64,000 bases of DNA, taken from Leucoraja erinacea (lineage: Eukaryota). The position numbers and the translations under genes are program-made. Location: NCBI RefSeq assembly GCF_028641065.1, contig NW_026576276.1, positions 1 to 64,000 on the forward strand, in the 5' to 3' direction. Of the stretch, positions 24,754 through 37,978 are shown one piece after another (positions within the stretch are counted from its first letter, which is position 1; the number at the start of each line of letters is the position of its first letter). The notes under the pieces are model-generated. The model made no database searches. It worked only from the letters and a program-made list of their open reading frames with translations, and had not been told where the DNA came from.

Positions 24754-25763
24754 TCAGAGCGGTGTTTCAGGGATCATTTGTCGAGCTGCAGTCAGCCCAT
24801 CCATCGAGCCCTCTTGTTCAGTTTCTTGACTTGTGACTGGTCTGCCAGACTTTAATTTCAGACGAAGGAGAGCTTTCATCAAGGTGTTGTTAAATGACAA
24901 ATTCAAAAAATAATAAACAACGGGATTGATCATACAGTTCATGTATGTCAGAAACGATGTGTTATAAAAGAAATGCCTTGCTGTGTTAAATGAATTGCAT
25001 TGTTGGGCACTTCTTAGCTTTGTGATTACAACCACAATAAAACCAATATCGGTGGGCATGAAGCAAATGATTAAAATTGCCCCCACAGTTGTCACCATCT
25101 CCACTGTTTGGTTATATTTACGCCGCACAATGCTTTTGATCTGTCTTAACTTTCAGGTGATGCAGGAGACACAGAACAGAATAACCAAAGCTGTAAAAAT
25201 AAAGAAAAATAACATGTAGACACTAGACATCCAAATACTTGTGCCATTTTGAGGGCTGTTTATCTTGAACGACTCGCAGAGCGTCACATTGTTATGCTTG
25301 AAGTCGTGTCGTCCTGTCACCAAGTGCAACCAAATTGCCACTGCCATAAACCACAGAGCGACTGCAATCTTCACTGTGCACCTTGCAGGTACCGTGTTAC
25401 ACTTGCGGAGGTGGTGGATCACCTTCAAATAGCGATCGATAGCTGTAACCACCATGAAGAAGATGCTGCTAGTCCGATTAAAGGAAATCAGGAGTAGGTT
25501 CAGGCGACAAAGAATAACACCATTAATCCATTTTTTTTCGTGAACCATATAACTAATTCAAAAGGGTATGCAGATGATTAGAAGCATGTCAGCGATTGCT
25601 AGGTTCAGAAAGCACACTGTGTTTGGTTTCCAGTGTTTAAGATGAAAGAGGAAAATCCACAGAGCGATTGCATTTCCAACAAATCCCAGGATGACGATGA
25701 CACAAATGACAAGTGTGATGTGGGACAAGAGATCGGTTTCATCCAGAACACATTGCTGGGTGT
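24754..25763 (-). pseudogene. HCAR-like GPCR pseudogene B2 (frameshifted; 5' end cut by a hAT terminus)
   Basis: ORFs 25153-25548 (NRTSSIFF..IDRY, CESF) and 24754-25128 (CFMP, NPVVYY, ETPL*) lie in different frames; paralog of 54138-55136. Confidence 0.9.
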
Positions 25764-25830
25764 CAGTGCCGGCCTTAAGCCAATTGGACCAATTTGTCCC
25801 AATTGGGCCTAAGGGGGCCCCGCTCTAGAG
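25764..25830. mobile_element. Isolated hAT transposon terminus (copy at 38801-38867)
   Basis: CAGTGCCGGCCTTA..CCCAATTGGG matches the terminus CAGGGCCGGCCTTA..CCCAATTGGG at 46647. Confidence 0.7.
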
Positions 25831-26679
25831 TAATCTACTTTCAGCTCGTCACGCGAGGGAAAATGAATAGGTAACGTTTTGGGTCAAGACCCTTCTTCAG
25901 GCTTATTTCAGGCTTTAGATCCTTTGCCAGAGGTGCATATGCCCAAAGTGAACTGAGGAGAAATATCAACCATGAACATTGAATGGCAGATCAGACAGGA
26001 GCGACAGGAGAGCATCTTTATATATATCCTTCCCTCAGTAATCAAACAGGCACCATTAGCTTTTAGCATCACTGTGCCGGTTCACAACTGAAGATCATTT
26101 CAGAGATTTGCTTTGGAAGCTCACAAGGCCATCACTTCTATTGACGTAAAATATTTTTATCAAATATCCATTGACACCCTTGAGGCAATCAAAACTAGTT
26201 ATTAAATGTGGGGCATTCTGAATCTACAGCATTGCAACTGCAGGGAAAGACGATCAATAAATGTTCACATTTATCGACAGCTAAATTAGGTGAAGCTGAA
26301 ATTAAAGGATGTCGTATTGTGAAAGGGGAATAATTTAAAGGGATAGGTTGTTCACACAGAGGGTGGAGAGTGTCTGGAATGACCTGCTGCTGGGGGTAGT
26401 TGGGGCAGGTACAATTACAACATTTAAAATACATTTGGACAGGTACACTGATGGAAAACGTTTTGAGGGATATGGACCAAATTCAGGAAGATGGGACTAG
26501 CTCAGGAAGGGATTTATTCTGCATGGATGAGTAGGGCCAAATGGCCTGTTTCTGTGCTGATTGGTGAGCCCGCTACTTAACTGCAGTATGAGTGGTCAGG
26601 TAGGACTGGGGTTGTTTGGATAAGATGAGTGCAGAGTCTTGAAGACAGGACCTCCCTGAGACCACTGAAACCAGGTATA

Positions 26680-28130
26680 TCATAAGAACATAAGACATAG
26701 GAGCAGAATTAGACCCTTCGGCCCATGGAGTCTGCTCCCCCATTCGTTCCTAGAAACATAGAAAATAGGTGCAGGAGCAGGCCATTCAGCCCTTCGAGCC
26801 TGCACCGCCATTCAATATGATCATGGCTGATCATCCAACTCAGTATCCTGCACCTGCCTTCTCTCCATATGCCCTGATCCCTTTAGCCACAAGGGCCACA
26901 TCTAACTCCCTCTTAAATATAGCCAATGAACTGGCCTCAACTACCTTCTGTGGCAGAGAATTCCAGAGATTCACCACTCTCTGTGTGAAAAATGTTTTCC
27001 TCATCTCGGTCCTAAAAGATTTCCCCCTTATCCTTAAACTGTGACCCCTTGTTCTGGACTTCCCCAACATCGGGAACAATCTTCCTGCATCTAGCCTGTC
27101 CAACCCCTTATGAATTTTGTAAGCTTCTATAAGATCCCCCCTCAATCTTCTAAATTCTAGCGAGTACAAACCGAGTCTATCCAGTCTTTCTTCATATGAA
27201 AGTCCTGACATCCAAGGAATCAGTCTGGTGAACCTTCTCTGTACTTTGTTCACAGCTGATCTATTTTTTCCTCTCAACCCCATTCTCCTGCCTTCTCCTT
27301 GTACCCTTACTAATAAAAAGCCTATTGATCTCCGTTTTAAAAATACCAAATGACTTACCCGCCTTGCCCTTCACTCTAACAGGGACGAGCATGCCCTGAA
27401 CTTTTGTCATCACACTTCTAAAAGCATCCCACTTTCCAGACATTCCTTTATCAGCAAACAACGTACTCCAATCAACTTGGGCAAGTTCCTGTTGAGTACC
27501 ATCAAACTTGGCATTACCCCAATTCAGAGTTTTAACTCGTGAGCCCACGCTGTCTTTATCCATTGCTATTTTAAAGTTAATAGCACAATGGTTGTCAGTC
27601 CCAAAAGATCCACCCGCTGTCACCAGCCATTCCCAATTTCCTAATAGATCAAGCCTTGCCCTTTCCCTTGTAGGGCCTTCTACACATTTCCTGAGGAAAC
27701 TTCCATGAACACATTTAGAAACATAGAAACATAGAAAATAGGTGCAGGAGAAGGCCATTCGGCCCTTCGTTGCAGGAATAGGCCATCCAGCCATTCAACA
27801 TGATAATGGCGGATCATCCAAAATCAGTACCCCATTCCTGCTTTTTCCCCATATCCCTTGATTCCTTTAGCCCCAAGAGCTAAATCTAACTCTCTATTGA
27901 AAACATCCAGTGAATTGGCCTCCACTGTCATCTGTGGAAGAGAATTCCACAGATCCACAACTCTCTGGGTGACAAATTCTACCCGGACAAAGTCCTCAGC
28001 ACCATGACAGCCCAAGTCTATAATGAGAAAGTTAAAATCCCCTACTATGACAACGTCATTAGCCTTGCAACTGCCTGCAATCTTCCTGTCCACTTGCTCT
28101 TCTAGTTCCCATTGACGATTTGGGGGCCTG
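26680..28130 (-). mobile_element. Nest of CR1 fragments (paralogous nest at ~39720-40442)
   Basis: ORFs 26840-27349, 27261-27794 and 27824-28093 carry CR1 ORF2 motifs; (AGAAACAT)n reverse tails at 26752 and 27717. Confidence 0.9.
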
Positions 28131-28236
28131 TAAAGTACTATTTGTTGGTGTATTTTACTCCACCCACCAGCTGTGATGATGAAGTTGAAGTAAGTTCTGC
28201 TTTCATCTCTGGAGCACAGTGAGTGCGTGTAAAGTC

Positions 28237-29257
28237 ATGGAGAACGCGAACCAGGCATGTGCTGCAAGTGCAGATGTCAACTTTGACTACAACCCACCAG
28301 TAATTCTTATCACATTCATCCTAGGATTGGCTGGAAATGTAACTGCCTTGTGGATCTTCTGCTTTCACGTTAAATCCCGGAGACCAAACGTTGTGTACTC
28401 GCTAAACCTGATGATCGCTGACACTCTGTTGATGTGCTGCCTACCTTTTCGAGCCCATTATTTTATCAAAGGGAAGGACTGGATCTTCGGTGATGTGCCC
28501 TGTCGCCTAAACATCTTCATGATCTCCCTAAACCGGGTTGGCAGCGTCATCTTCCTCATGGCCATAGCCGTCGATCGCTACTTTAAGGTGGTCCGCCCGT
28601 TTCACAAAGCCAACAAGATATCTCCAAGGTGTGCGGCGATGTTAGCAGGAGCCCTGTGGGTCGTGGCAGTGGGGATTTGTTTACACTTGTTGGTAGAGCC
28701 ACACGACTTCCATCCAAATAACATGACCAAGACCTACTGTGAACCATTCAACATAACCAACCCTCACCAGCTCAGCGCAATTTGGACGGACACTGTGTTT
28801 ATATTCTTTACGTTCATTTTACCGGTCTCCGTTTTAGTTTTCTCCAGCTCCTGCATCATCTGGAAGTTAAGGCAGATGGAGACTGAGACGAGGCGTAAAT
28901 ATAAAACGCACCGTGAAGCTTGTGATAGCTGTGGTCGTGGTCTTTGTTATTTGTTTCTTGCCCACCAACATTGCCGTGGTCGCCGTTATAGTTACAATGC
29001 ACAAAACCACAGACTGCAAGAAATACATCACCGCTGTTAATATCTTCTACAACACGTTGTTCGTGACATACCTGAACAGTGTGATCGACCCAGTGATTTA
29101 CTATTTTTCAAATTCAGCATTCAAGGATGCGTTGAAGAAAGCTCTCATTCATCTAAATTTAAGGTCTTGCAAATCAGCTACGAGTCAGAATAATGAACAA
29201 GGGGAATCCCAAGGACAGACATTGGATCAACAAACGACCTCTGTAACCCCCCTCTGA
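28237..29257 (+). CDS. HCAR-like GPCR A2; single +1 frameshift at ~28903-28906 (pseudogene or sequencing error)
   Basis: Close paralog of A1; ORFs 28219-29040 and 28913-29257 join if one A is removed from tatAAAAcgc. Confidence 0.8.
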
Positions 29258-29964
29258 TCACTTGCAGGCAGCCCGGACTGAGTCAGAAGTCTATCATTGG
29301 GTAATTAAAGCCCAGCGTGTAAAACCATGACATTGTACAAGTTTTTAAATGTTGTCAATGCTGAAGTCTAGCTTAATGAGCAACTTCTGAAATATTTTTC
29401 TTTTTTTTTAAATCTTTTTATTAGAAGCAAACATGTTATGGTAAAATATAGTTACATATTATAGTAAAACCTTTTCATGTACATCAATCATACATTATTA
29501 AAATTTTCAATTGTGGATTGATTCTGCTTCTAGTTTTTTTTAATATAGATAGAAAGAGAGAAAAAAAAGAATTACAAATGTCAAAAAAGAAAAAAAAGTG
29601 GAATGAATTACTAATAATACGTCATTGGAGATAGGTTCGTAGATTATAAAGTATAACTTTTCATTTAATCCTGAGTTCAAGCTTCAGTTAGGTTTCTTAT
29701 AAACACAAGATAACTTTGTGTAATTTAATTTTAGTTTAGTTTATTGTCACGTGTACCGAGGTGTAGTGAAAATATTTTTAGTTGCGTGCTATCCAGTCAG
29801 TGGAAAGATAGGGAGAGAGGAAAGTCTGTTACTCTGAACTGCATTTATTTTAATGCAAAAGGTATGACAGGTAAGGCAGATGAACTTGGGGCAGAATAGG
29901 TAATACATAATATAGCTATAGCAATGTTGAGGCTTACATTATTGATGAGAGAATAACACATTTG

Positions 29965-30560
29965 ATACACACGTCGACCTTCAATCACCCGTTTACTTAG
30001 TGGAGAAGGTGGAGCACCTTCATATAACGATCGATGGTTATAACCATCAAGAAGAAGGTGTTGCCAGTCCGATTTAAGGAAATCCAGGATTGACACAAAT
30101 AAGCTGGAGTAACTCAGCGGAACAGGCAGCATCTCTGGAGAAAAGGAATCCGTGACATTTCAGGTCTAGACGCTTCTTCTCGATCCGAAACGTCACCTAT
30201 TTCTTTTCTCCAGAGATGCTGCCTGACTCACTGTGTTACTCCAGCTTTTTGTGTCTATCTTCGGTTTAAACCAGCAGTTCCTTCCAACACATTAAGGAAA
30301 TCAGGAATAGGTTTATGCGGCAACGAACATCACCACAAATCAAATTTTCTCGTGAACAAAAGAACCAATTCTAAAGGGTAGGCAGGTGATTAGAAGCTTA
30401 TCGGCATTTGCCAGATTCAGTGAGTACACGGTGTTTGATTTCCAGCGTTATACATGAAAGAGGAAGATCCACAGGGCCATAGCATTTCCAACAAATCCCA
30501 GGACGATGGTGACACAAATGACAAGTGTGGTGTGGAACGAGAGGACGGTTTCATCTCCAT
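29965..30560 (-). pseudogene. HCAR-like GPCR pseudogene fragment C3
   Basis: Copy of 22810-23406. Confidence 0.8.
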
Positions 30561-32238
30561 TGTGTTACAGTCACACAGTCAGAGTGCTTCAGGAGCTAGC
30601 TAATGAAAAGAAGAACAACCTTATCTGCTCAACGCATCACACTGCAGGGTGGAGTGAAACGAAGCACCAATCAGTTGTGTTGTAAACACATTGACAATAT
30701 CCTGGACACCAATAAGTTGGTATTTAGAAATAATTAGTCAGTATTGCAGAATTTGCAGTACACCATGATGGTTTTAGCATCAGAACAGAGAACAGTACAG
30801 CACAGGAACAAACTAACATGCCGAACATAATGACTAGATGAACCATAATCCATATCGCTCCATTCGCTGCATATTTATGTGCCTGGCACCTATCACCCAC
30901 TGTGTAGAAAGTTTGCCCCATACATCTTGTTTCACAATGTTACTGTAATCACTTCCATATTCCTTAAGAAATTCTCTACCACACTTTTGTTTAATTAAGC
31001 ATGCAAACTCCCAATGACAATGAAGGATTAAGATGAGGTTTATTACCGTCACATGTACTGAGATTAAATGAAAAGCTCGATTCTGCATGCTCTCCAAACC
31101 GATCAGATATGCCACACATAGATACATTCAGTTCAAACTCAAGGTCAAAAGACAAAGCAATGGAGAAGCTACGCAGTGCAAGATATAGAAGTGTACATGT
31201 ATTTGAGATGGAGGTGAATCTGTGACCATACAGTATATATTTGATTCAGTGCTCAGTGAAGTTACTGTACGACACACGATTTTTTGAAGAAGAATAATCC
31301 AAAAGATTCAACTGAAGAATGGTTTGGAATAAAATTCTCATCCAGCTACAAGTGACTGACATAAATAACTGACAATGGACAGGGAAGGAACCACACAAAG
31401 TGCTGGAGTAACTCAAAGGGACAGTCACCATCTCGGGATAACATGGACAAGCAACTTTTTGGGTCAGGTGCTTTGGACCCATCTTCAGAAGTTGTCACAA
31501 TCCACACTGTTGAATTTGAAGAAGGGTCCCGACCTCAACGCCACCTACCCATTTTCTCCAGAGATGCTGCCTGACTCGCTGAGTTACTCCAGCACTTTGT
31601 GAGTTTCGTTCAAGATTAAAACATCTGCAGTTCCTCATGTCCACTGTGCAAGTATTGTGCTTACAGAGAATACATGAGAAGAGGAACTCTTGTGATCGCA
31701 ATCTCTTTTAAGATGATAGAGACAATTTGTTGCACCATGTCTAGGCCAGGAAACTGCAATTTATTACACTTTATATCAGAAATTATTTACTCAAATCAAA
31801 TGACCGCTTGACAAAATATTTAACATTTGCACAATTTCAGTTTTACACTCATGCACAAACGTTGCCCTCACTACCTAATAAAATAAGCATCTGGTTCAGT
31901 CAGCATACGTGATCAGAGCGGTGTTTCAGGGATCATTTGTCGAGCTGCAGTCTGCCCATCCATCGAGCCCTCTTGTTCAGTTTCTTGACTTGTGACTGGT
32001 CTGCCAGACTTTAATTTCAGACGAAGGAGAGCTTTCATCAAGGCGTTGTTAAATGACAAATTCAAAAAATAATAAACAACGAGATTGATCATACAGTTCA
32101 TGTATGTCAGAAACGATGTGTTATAAAAGAAATGCCTTGCTGTGTTAAATGAATTGCATTGTACCGGAGTTTCATGTCGCGGTGCTGATGACGTCATCAG
32201 TAAGCGCCGTGGATTTAACGGAGGGAAATTCAGTTTAA

Positions 32239-33249
32239 ATGAAAAACACATCTACAGGTCAGAGCCCTCAGAGGAAAGTGACAAAACAACTGCTGAAGTC
32301 TCAGGAACACCAAGAAACTGCAAAACTAACCTCTGGAGTGGATTCTGGAATGGCTACACGATCTAAGACTGAGTTGATCACAAAAGAGAAAACTGAAATG
32401 GAGGAATTAAGGAACTCGGTAAGAGATTTGAAAGATGATGTGAAAGCTGGAAATTTAAACTTGATTGCTGGTAATGAAAAAATACTCGAGGGCATTGGTG
32501 CTCTGCAAAAAAAAGTTGATGATGTGCAAGAAGAGCTAACGGGGAAAATTACTAAGGTGGCAGAAGAGTCCACAAAGATGTTTGAGGCTGTGCATGAAAC
32601 TATTTCCGCAAATGCAACTGCAGTGAAAGATTTGGAAGCTGTTGTGGAAGAGATGGCTGGAGAAATGGAGGCAATGAAGTTAGAATTAGACAGCCTCAAG
32701 AGCCAATTTACAAAAGTATCTGATAAATGTGTTGAACTAGAAGCTCGCTCAAGACGTCAAAATATACGAATACGTGGAGTGAAAGAGGGAGCTGAGGGGG
32801 AAAACGCTCGTGAGTTCACTGCCAATTTAATCAAACATGTACTCAATTTACCTGAGGCACCAGTAATTGAAGAAGCACATCGACTACCTAGATTTAAACC
32901 AAGATTTCAAGGAGAACAAGCCTACCCACGACAGATTATAGTCAAACTTCGGGATATCCCAACAGTGGAAGCGCTGATGAAAAAAATTAAACACGGAGAG
33001 AACATGATGTATGGAGATGATTCTATTAAACTTCTACGGGACTACCCCTATGAGATTGTGCAAAAGAGAAGAAAGTTCTCACAGACCAGAGAAGCTCTCT
33101 ACGGTGTCAAGGGCGTCATATGTGGAGTGTTTTATCCGGCTAGGATGCGTATCACTTTCAAGGGAATCTCAAAAACATTCACTAACCCGGTAGAATCCCT
33201 TAAATACGCTCAAGAAATCGTGGCTAAGGCAGTAACAAAAGAAGATTGA
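32239..33249 (+). CDS. L1 ORF1p (coiled coil, RRM and CTD)
   Basis: Coiled coil followed by ELEARSRRQNIRIRGVKEG, IEEAHR, PRQIIVK, DYP.E...KRRKF and YPARMRITF. Confidence 0.9.
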   Translation: MKNTSTGQSPQRKVTKQLLKSQEHQETAKLTSGVDSGMATRSKTELITKEKTEMEELRNSVRDLKDDVKAGNLNLIAGNEKILEGIGALQKKVDDVQEELTGKITKVAEESTKMFEAVHETISANATAVKDLEAVVEEMAGEMEAMKLELDSLKSQFTKVSDKCVELEARSRRQNIRIRGVKEGAEGENAREFTANLIKHVLNLPEAPVIEEAHRLPRFKPRFQGEQAYPRQIIVKLRDIPTVEALMKKIKHGENMMYGDDSIKLLRDYPYEIVQKRRKFSQTREALYGVKGVICGVFYPARMRITFKGISKTFTNPVESLKYAQEIVAKAVTKED

Positions 33250-34185
33250 TTACCAGACGTCATGAACTAATTAATGTGCTTATTCCCCCAACAAGAATAT
33301 TAGTAGAAAAATGAAAAAAGTGAATAACACCAAGTTTTAAAAATGACTATTCGCAACAGATTTTCCACGAGACTTGTCTAGACATTATAATCTTCTCTCG
33401 AATTTAATTCAAGGACATGCGATGCTTAAACCAGGAAACATTGATAACAGAAGAATGCAGATCTGCTGAAGCTGAGAGAGAGTGAAAAACATCACATGAC
33501 TTACATATTTTTACAGACTTTTACAAAGTATAGAGAATTATTAGTAATTAATAACTAACAATACTAATACATAAACTGATATTGATAAATATGTGTTATA
33601 ACGCAGATAACATTGTAATCTCACAGGTTCCGCAGCTCGAGTGGGGAGGGGAAGAAACTCAGGCACCTGGCTTAATTCCAGGAGCCTGACTCTGGTTAAC
33701 CCTTTCAACGAACAGCTCACTTTTAACAATACTAAAACCAATTACAAATAGTTAAGAGATAAAGAGAGAGGAATATATGTAACTGAATATTTGATTAGAT
33801 TTGATAAGTCGGAATGAAATATATATATATATATATACTGCAATGGGATGAAATAGAACTGATTTGGAAACGGTACCTACCCCCTTGGTTATGAGTAATA
33901 AATTCAGCGGGGCTAACCTCATAACAGCTACGCCGGAAGCAATATTGATGTCGTATCCCACAGACGAGTGGGCCACTCACTACGGTGTCGGAAATCCAGA
34001 CACCGTACATTTATTCTATATACTTTTTTTTTTTATCACAATATGTCACATTTATGTGTTTTTTTTTCAAGGACAATCGCAGAGGGGAACTACCAAGAAA
34101 GTCTATAATATAAATGCTTCCAAAACAACCAGAGTCCTGAGGTATGGATGCACCATAATAAGTAAGGTCATTAAAATTGGTAAAA

Positions 34186-37100
34186 ATGTATGACGACAAT
34201 CAAAGGAAAATGGGAGGAGTCACACTATGTAGTTGGAATATAAGGGGTATTAATGAACCTATTAAAAGGGGCAAGATACTAGCTCAGTTGAAAGCATACA
34301 ACACGGACATTTCGTTCCTACAGGAAACGCATCTTAAACATCAAGATCAGACGAGATTGAGGGCTAACTGGATAGGCCAAACATTTCACTCTTCATTCAC
34401 TTCTAAATCTAGAGGTACTGCAATTATTATCCGTAAAGGAATTCCATTTAAATCAAAGAATACTATTTCAGATAAGGAAGGGAGATATCTTATAGTAGCA
34501 GGAGAGATCAATAATACGCCAATTACGCTGGTAAATATATATGCGCCCAACTTTGATAACCCTCAATTTTTTAATAAAATTCTGAATATAATTGCAGAAT
34601 TTAATTATCAAAATGTTATAATTGGAGGAGACTTCAACTGTGTTTTAGACCCTTATTTAGATAAATCGATGCAAAAACAAAAAGGTAATATGAAATCTAA
34701 AACCAGTGAACTCTTACATACATATATGGAAAACACAAATATAGCAGATGTATGGAGGATTGCAAATCCGACGGGAAGGGACTACTCGTTCTATTCAACG
34801 GTGCATAAAACATATTCACGGATAGACTATTTTCTTGTGGATACAAAATTAATTACACACACTATGAATCCTAAATACCACATTAATGCGATTTCAGATC
34901 ACTCTCCTTTAACCTTTGTTTTAAAATTAGAAGGAATGTCTATGAATAAATCGTTCTGGAGGTTTAATTCGCAACTTTTAAAAGACCCACAAGGGAGTAT
35001 ATATCTAAAAAAACAGATGGACTTATTCTTTGAGATAAATGATACACCAGATATATCCCCCACGCTATTATGGGAATCCTTTAAAGCATTTATTAGAGGA
35101 GTCATTATTTCATTTCAAGCTTATCAAAATAAAAAGAATAAGAAAGAACAAAGACATTTAGAAGAACAAATAAAACAATTAGATACAGATAATGCTAAAG
35201 ATCCAACTATGGATAAACATAATAAAATCCTATTATTGAAATTCAAGCTGAATAAATTATTGTCAGAGAAAGTTATAACACTATTCCAAGTTACAAAACA
35301 AGAACACTTTGAATTCGGGGACAAACCCCACAAACTCTTAGCACGCCAGTTGAAAAAACGGGAAAAAGAGAATGCAATACTAAAGATTAAATCAGATAGT
35401 GGGGAATTATTAACATTACCCAAAGATATCAATAAAAGATTTGCTCAATTTTACGAAAATCTATATACATCTAAAACGTCAATAGATAATAATAAAATTT
35501 CAGAATTTCTGGAAAATTGTAACCTCCCAAAATTAGAATTGAGGGAACAAGAGGAACTGGGAGCAACAATTACTTCTAAGGAGATAGAAGACACAATAAA
35601 AACACTAAAGAATGGCAAAACACCAGGACCAGACGGATTCAGTAGTGAATTCTATAAAGCCTTTTACGATATAGTTACCCCACGATTACAGAAAATGTAT
35701 ACATACGCTTTTAAAGAGCAAAGCTTACCCGAAACATTAGCAGAATCAACGATCACATTAATACTTAAAAAAGACAAAAACATAGAAGAACCAGGCTCAT
35801 ATAGAGCTATTGCTTTGTTAAATACGGATCAAAAAATAATAGCGAAAACACTAGCCAGTAGACTAAGCAGGTACGTTAGTAGATTAATAAATGGAGATCA
35901 AACAGGATTTATACCTAAGAGACACTCATTCAATAATTTGAGACGTTTGCTTAACATAATGCACTCACATAAATCTCACGACCAAGAGTTATCTATTATC
36001 TCACTGGACGCAGAAAAAGCGTTTGATCAAGTAGAATGGGATTATATGATTAAAGTATTGCAAAAATTCCAATTGGGAGAAAACTTTATCGCATGGATAA
36101 AACTATTATATAACAAACCTACGGCTAGAATATTAACTAATAATATTTTATCCTCGAAATTTGAACTATCAAGGGGCAATAGACAAGGATGCTCATTATC
36201 ACCGCTGTTATTTGCTTTGGTAATTGAACCCCTTGCTGAAAAAATAAGAACACATCCGGATATTTATGGTTATAATACAAAATACTCAAAGAATAAAATA
36301 TCCCTATATGCCGATGATGTACTACTGTACATCACAAAACCACAAATTAGTATACCAAACATATTAAATTTAATTGAGGACTTTGGATCCTTTTCGGGAT
36401 ATAGAATAAATTGGAACAAAAGTGAAATTATGTCGATAAAACCAAAAGACTCAACACATCTTCGGAAATTTCCCTTTAAAATAGCTACAGAAAAATTCAA
36501 ATATTTGGGAATTGAAATTACTAGAAATTACCAGGATATGTTTAAAGCCAATTATAATCCCTTACTCAAGAAATTGAATAATTTGATTAAATTCTGGAAA
36601 ACACTTCCGATGTCCTTAATAGGCAGAATAAATGCTATTAAAATGGTTTTCTTACCACAAATTCTATACCTATTTCAATCAATACCTATATATCTCCCAA
36701 AAAAGTTTTAAAAAAAATTGGACTCAGACATTACAAATTTTATATGGGATTATAAATCCCATAGAATACAAATAGCACACCTTAATAAACGAAAAGAGCT
36801 GGGGGGTCTAGCGCTCCCTAATTTTATGTATTATAATTGGGCAGTAAATATTAAAAATATGATTCACCTGCTGGACAATTCTGCACAGCAGGCGGACTGG
36901 ATGGTAATGGAAAAAGGGGACTGCTCCCCGAGTAATATAGGAGCGACCATCCTCTCACCAATAAATTTGAATAATAAAAATTATAATAAAAATCCAATTA
37001 TACATAACACAATAAGAACATGGAAACAAATAAAACAGAATTTAAAATTAAGAAACCTATCTCTTTTAATACCAATAGTCAATAATCCATCGTTTAAACC

Positions 37101-37978
37101 ATCAATCATAGACAAATCATTTATACAATGGGAAAGAATGGGAATTAAAACGCTCGAAGATCTGTATGAATTGGGGAATTTACTATCATTTCAACAACTA
37201 CAACTGAAATATAATTTGAAAAATAACCAATATTTTAAATATCTTCAAATTTGTGATTATCTGAAAAAAACACACAAAAGACTATCATAATATGCCTTCC
37301 GACTTATTGGATGAAGCAATGAAGACCAAGGCGGAATCAGCTAATTTAATATCGTACCTATATAATATCATTTTAAACATAGAAATACCCACAACAGATG
37401 GAATTAGAAAAGATTGGGAACAAGAATTAGCTATAAAAATCTCAAAAGAGACCTGGGATAATCATTTACTACAGGTGCATAAATGTTCGATCAACGTACG
37501 ACATACGCTCATCCAATTTAAAACATTACATAGATTATATTATTCAAAAACTAAATTAAATAAAATCTTCCCTAATGTTTCACCAATCTGTGATAAATGC
37601 CTGTGTCAAGAAGCTACCATAGCGCACTCTTTTGTTTTTTGTACAAAAATCCAAAAATTCTGGTATGAAATATTTGATATTTTTTCAAAATTGATCAAAA
37701 TAAAACTGGTACCAAAACCAGAATGGATTATCTTCGGAATATCGGAAGATAACCCTGAATTAAACGTGTTTCAGAGGAATTTATTTAATTACGGGCTAAT
37801 AATGGGAAAAAAGCTTATACTTAAATTCTGGAAAAATGCGCCGACACCAACAATAAAAATGTGGATATCAAATATGTTTGAAACATTACATCTGGAAGAG
37901 ATGAGATTCCTCCTAGCAGGTAAAGCAGACCAATTCCAAAAGACGTGGTCTATGTTTCTGGACCTATTACAAGTATGA
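34186..37978 (+). CDS. L1 ORF2p (APE endonuclease, RT, CCHC), broken by two homopolymer frameshifts (~36700 and ~37270)
   Basis: SWNIRG, LQETH, GGDFN, SRIDYF, SDH; PGPDG, SLDAEKAFD, RQGCSLSPLLF, LYADD; CDKC..EATIAHSFVFC. Confidence 0.93.
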
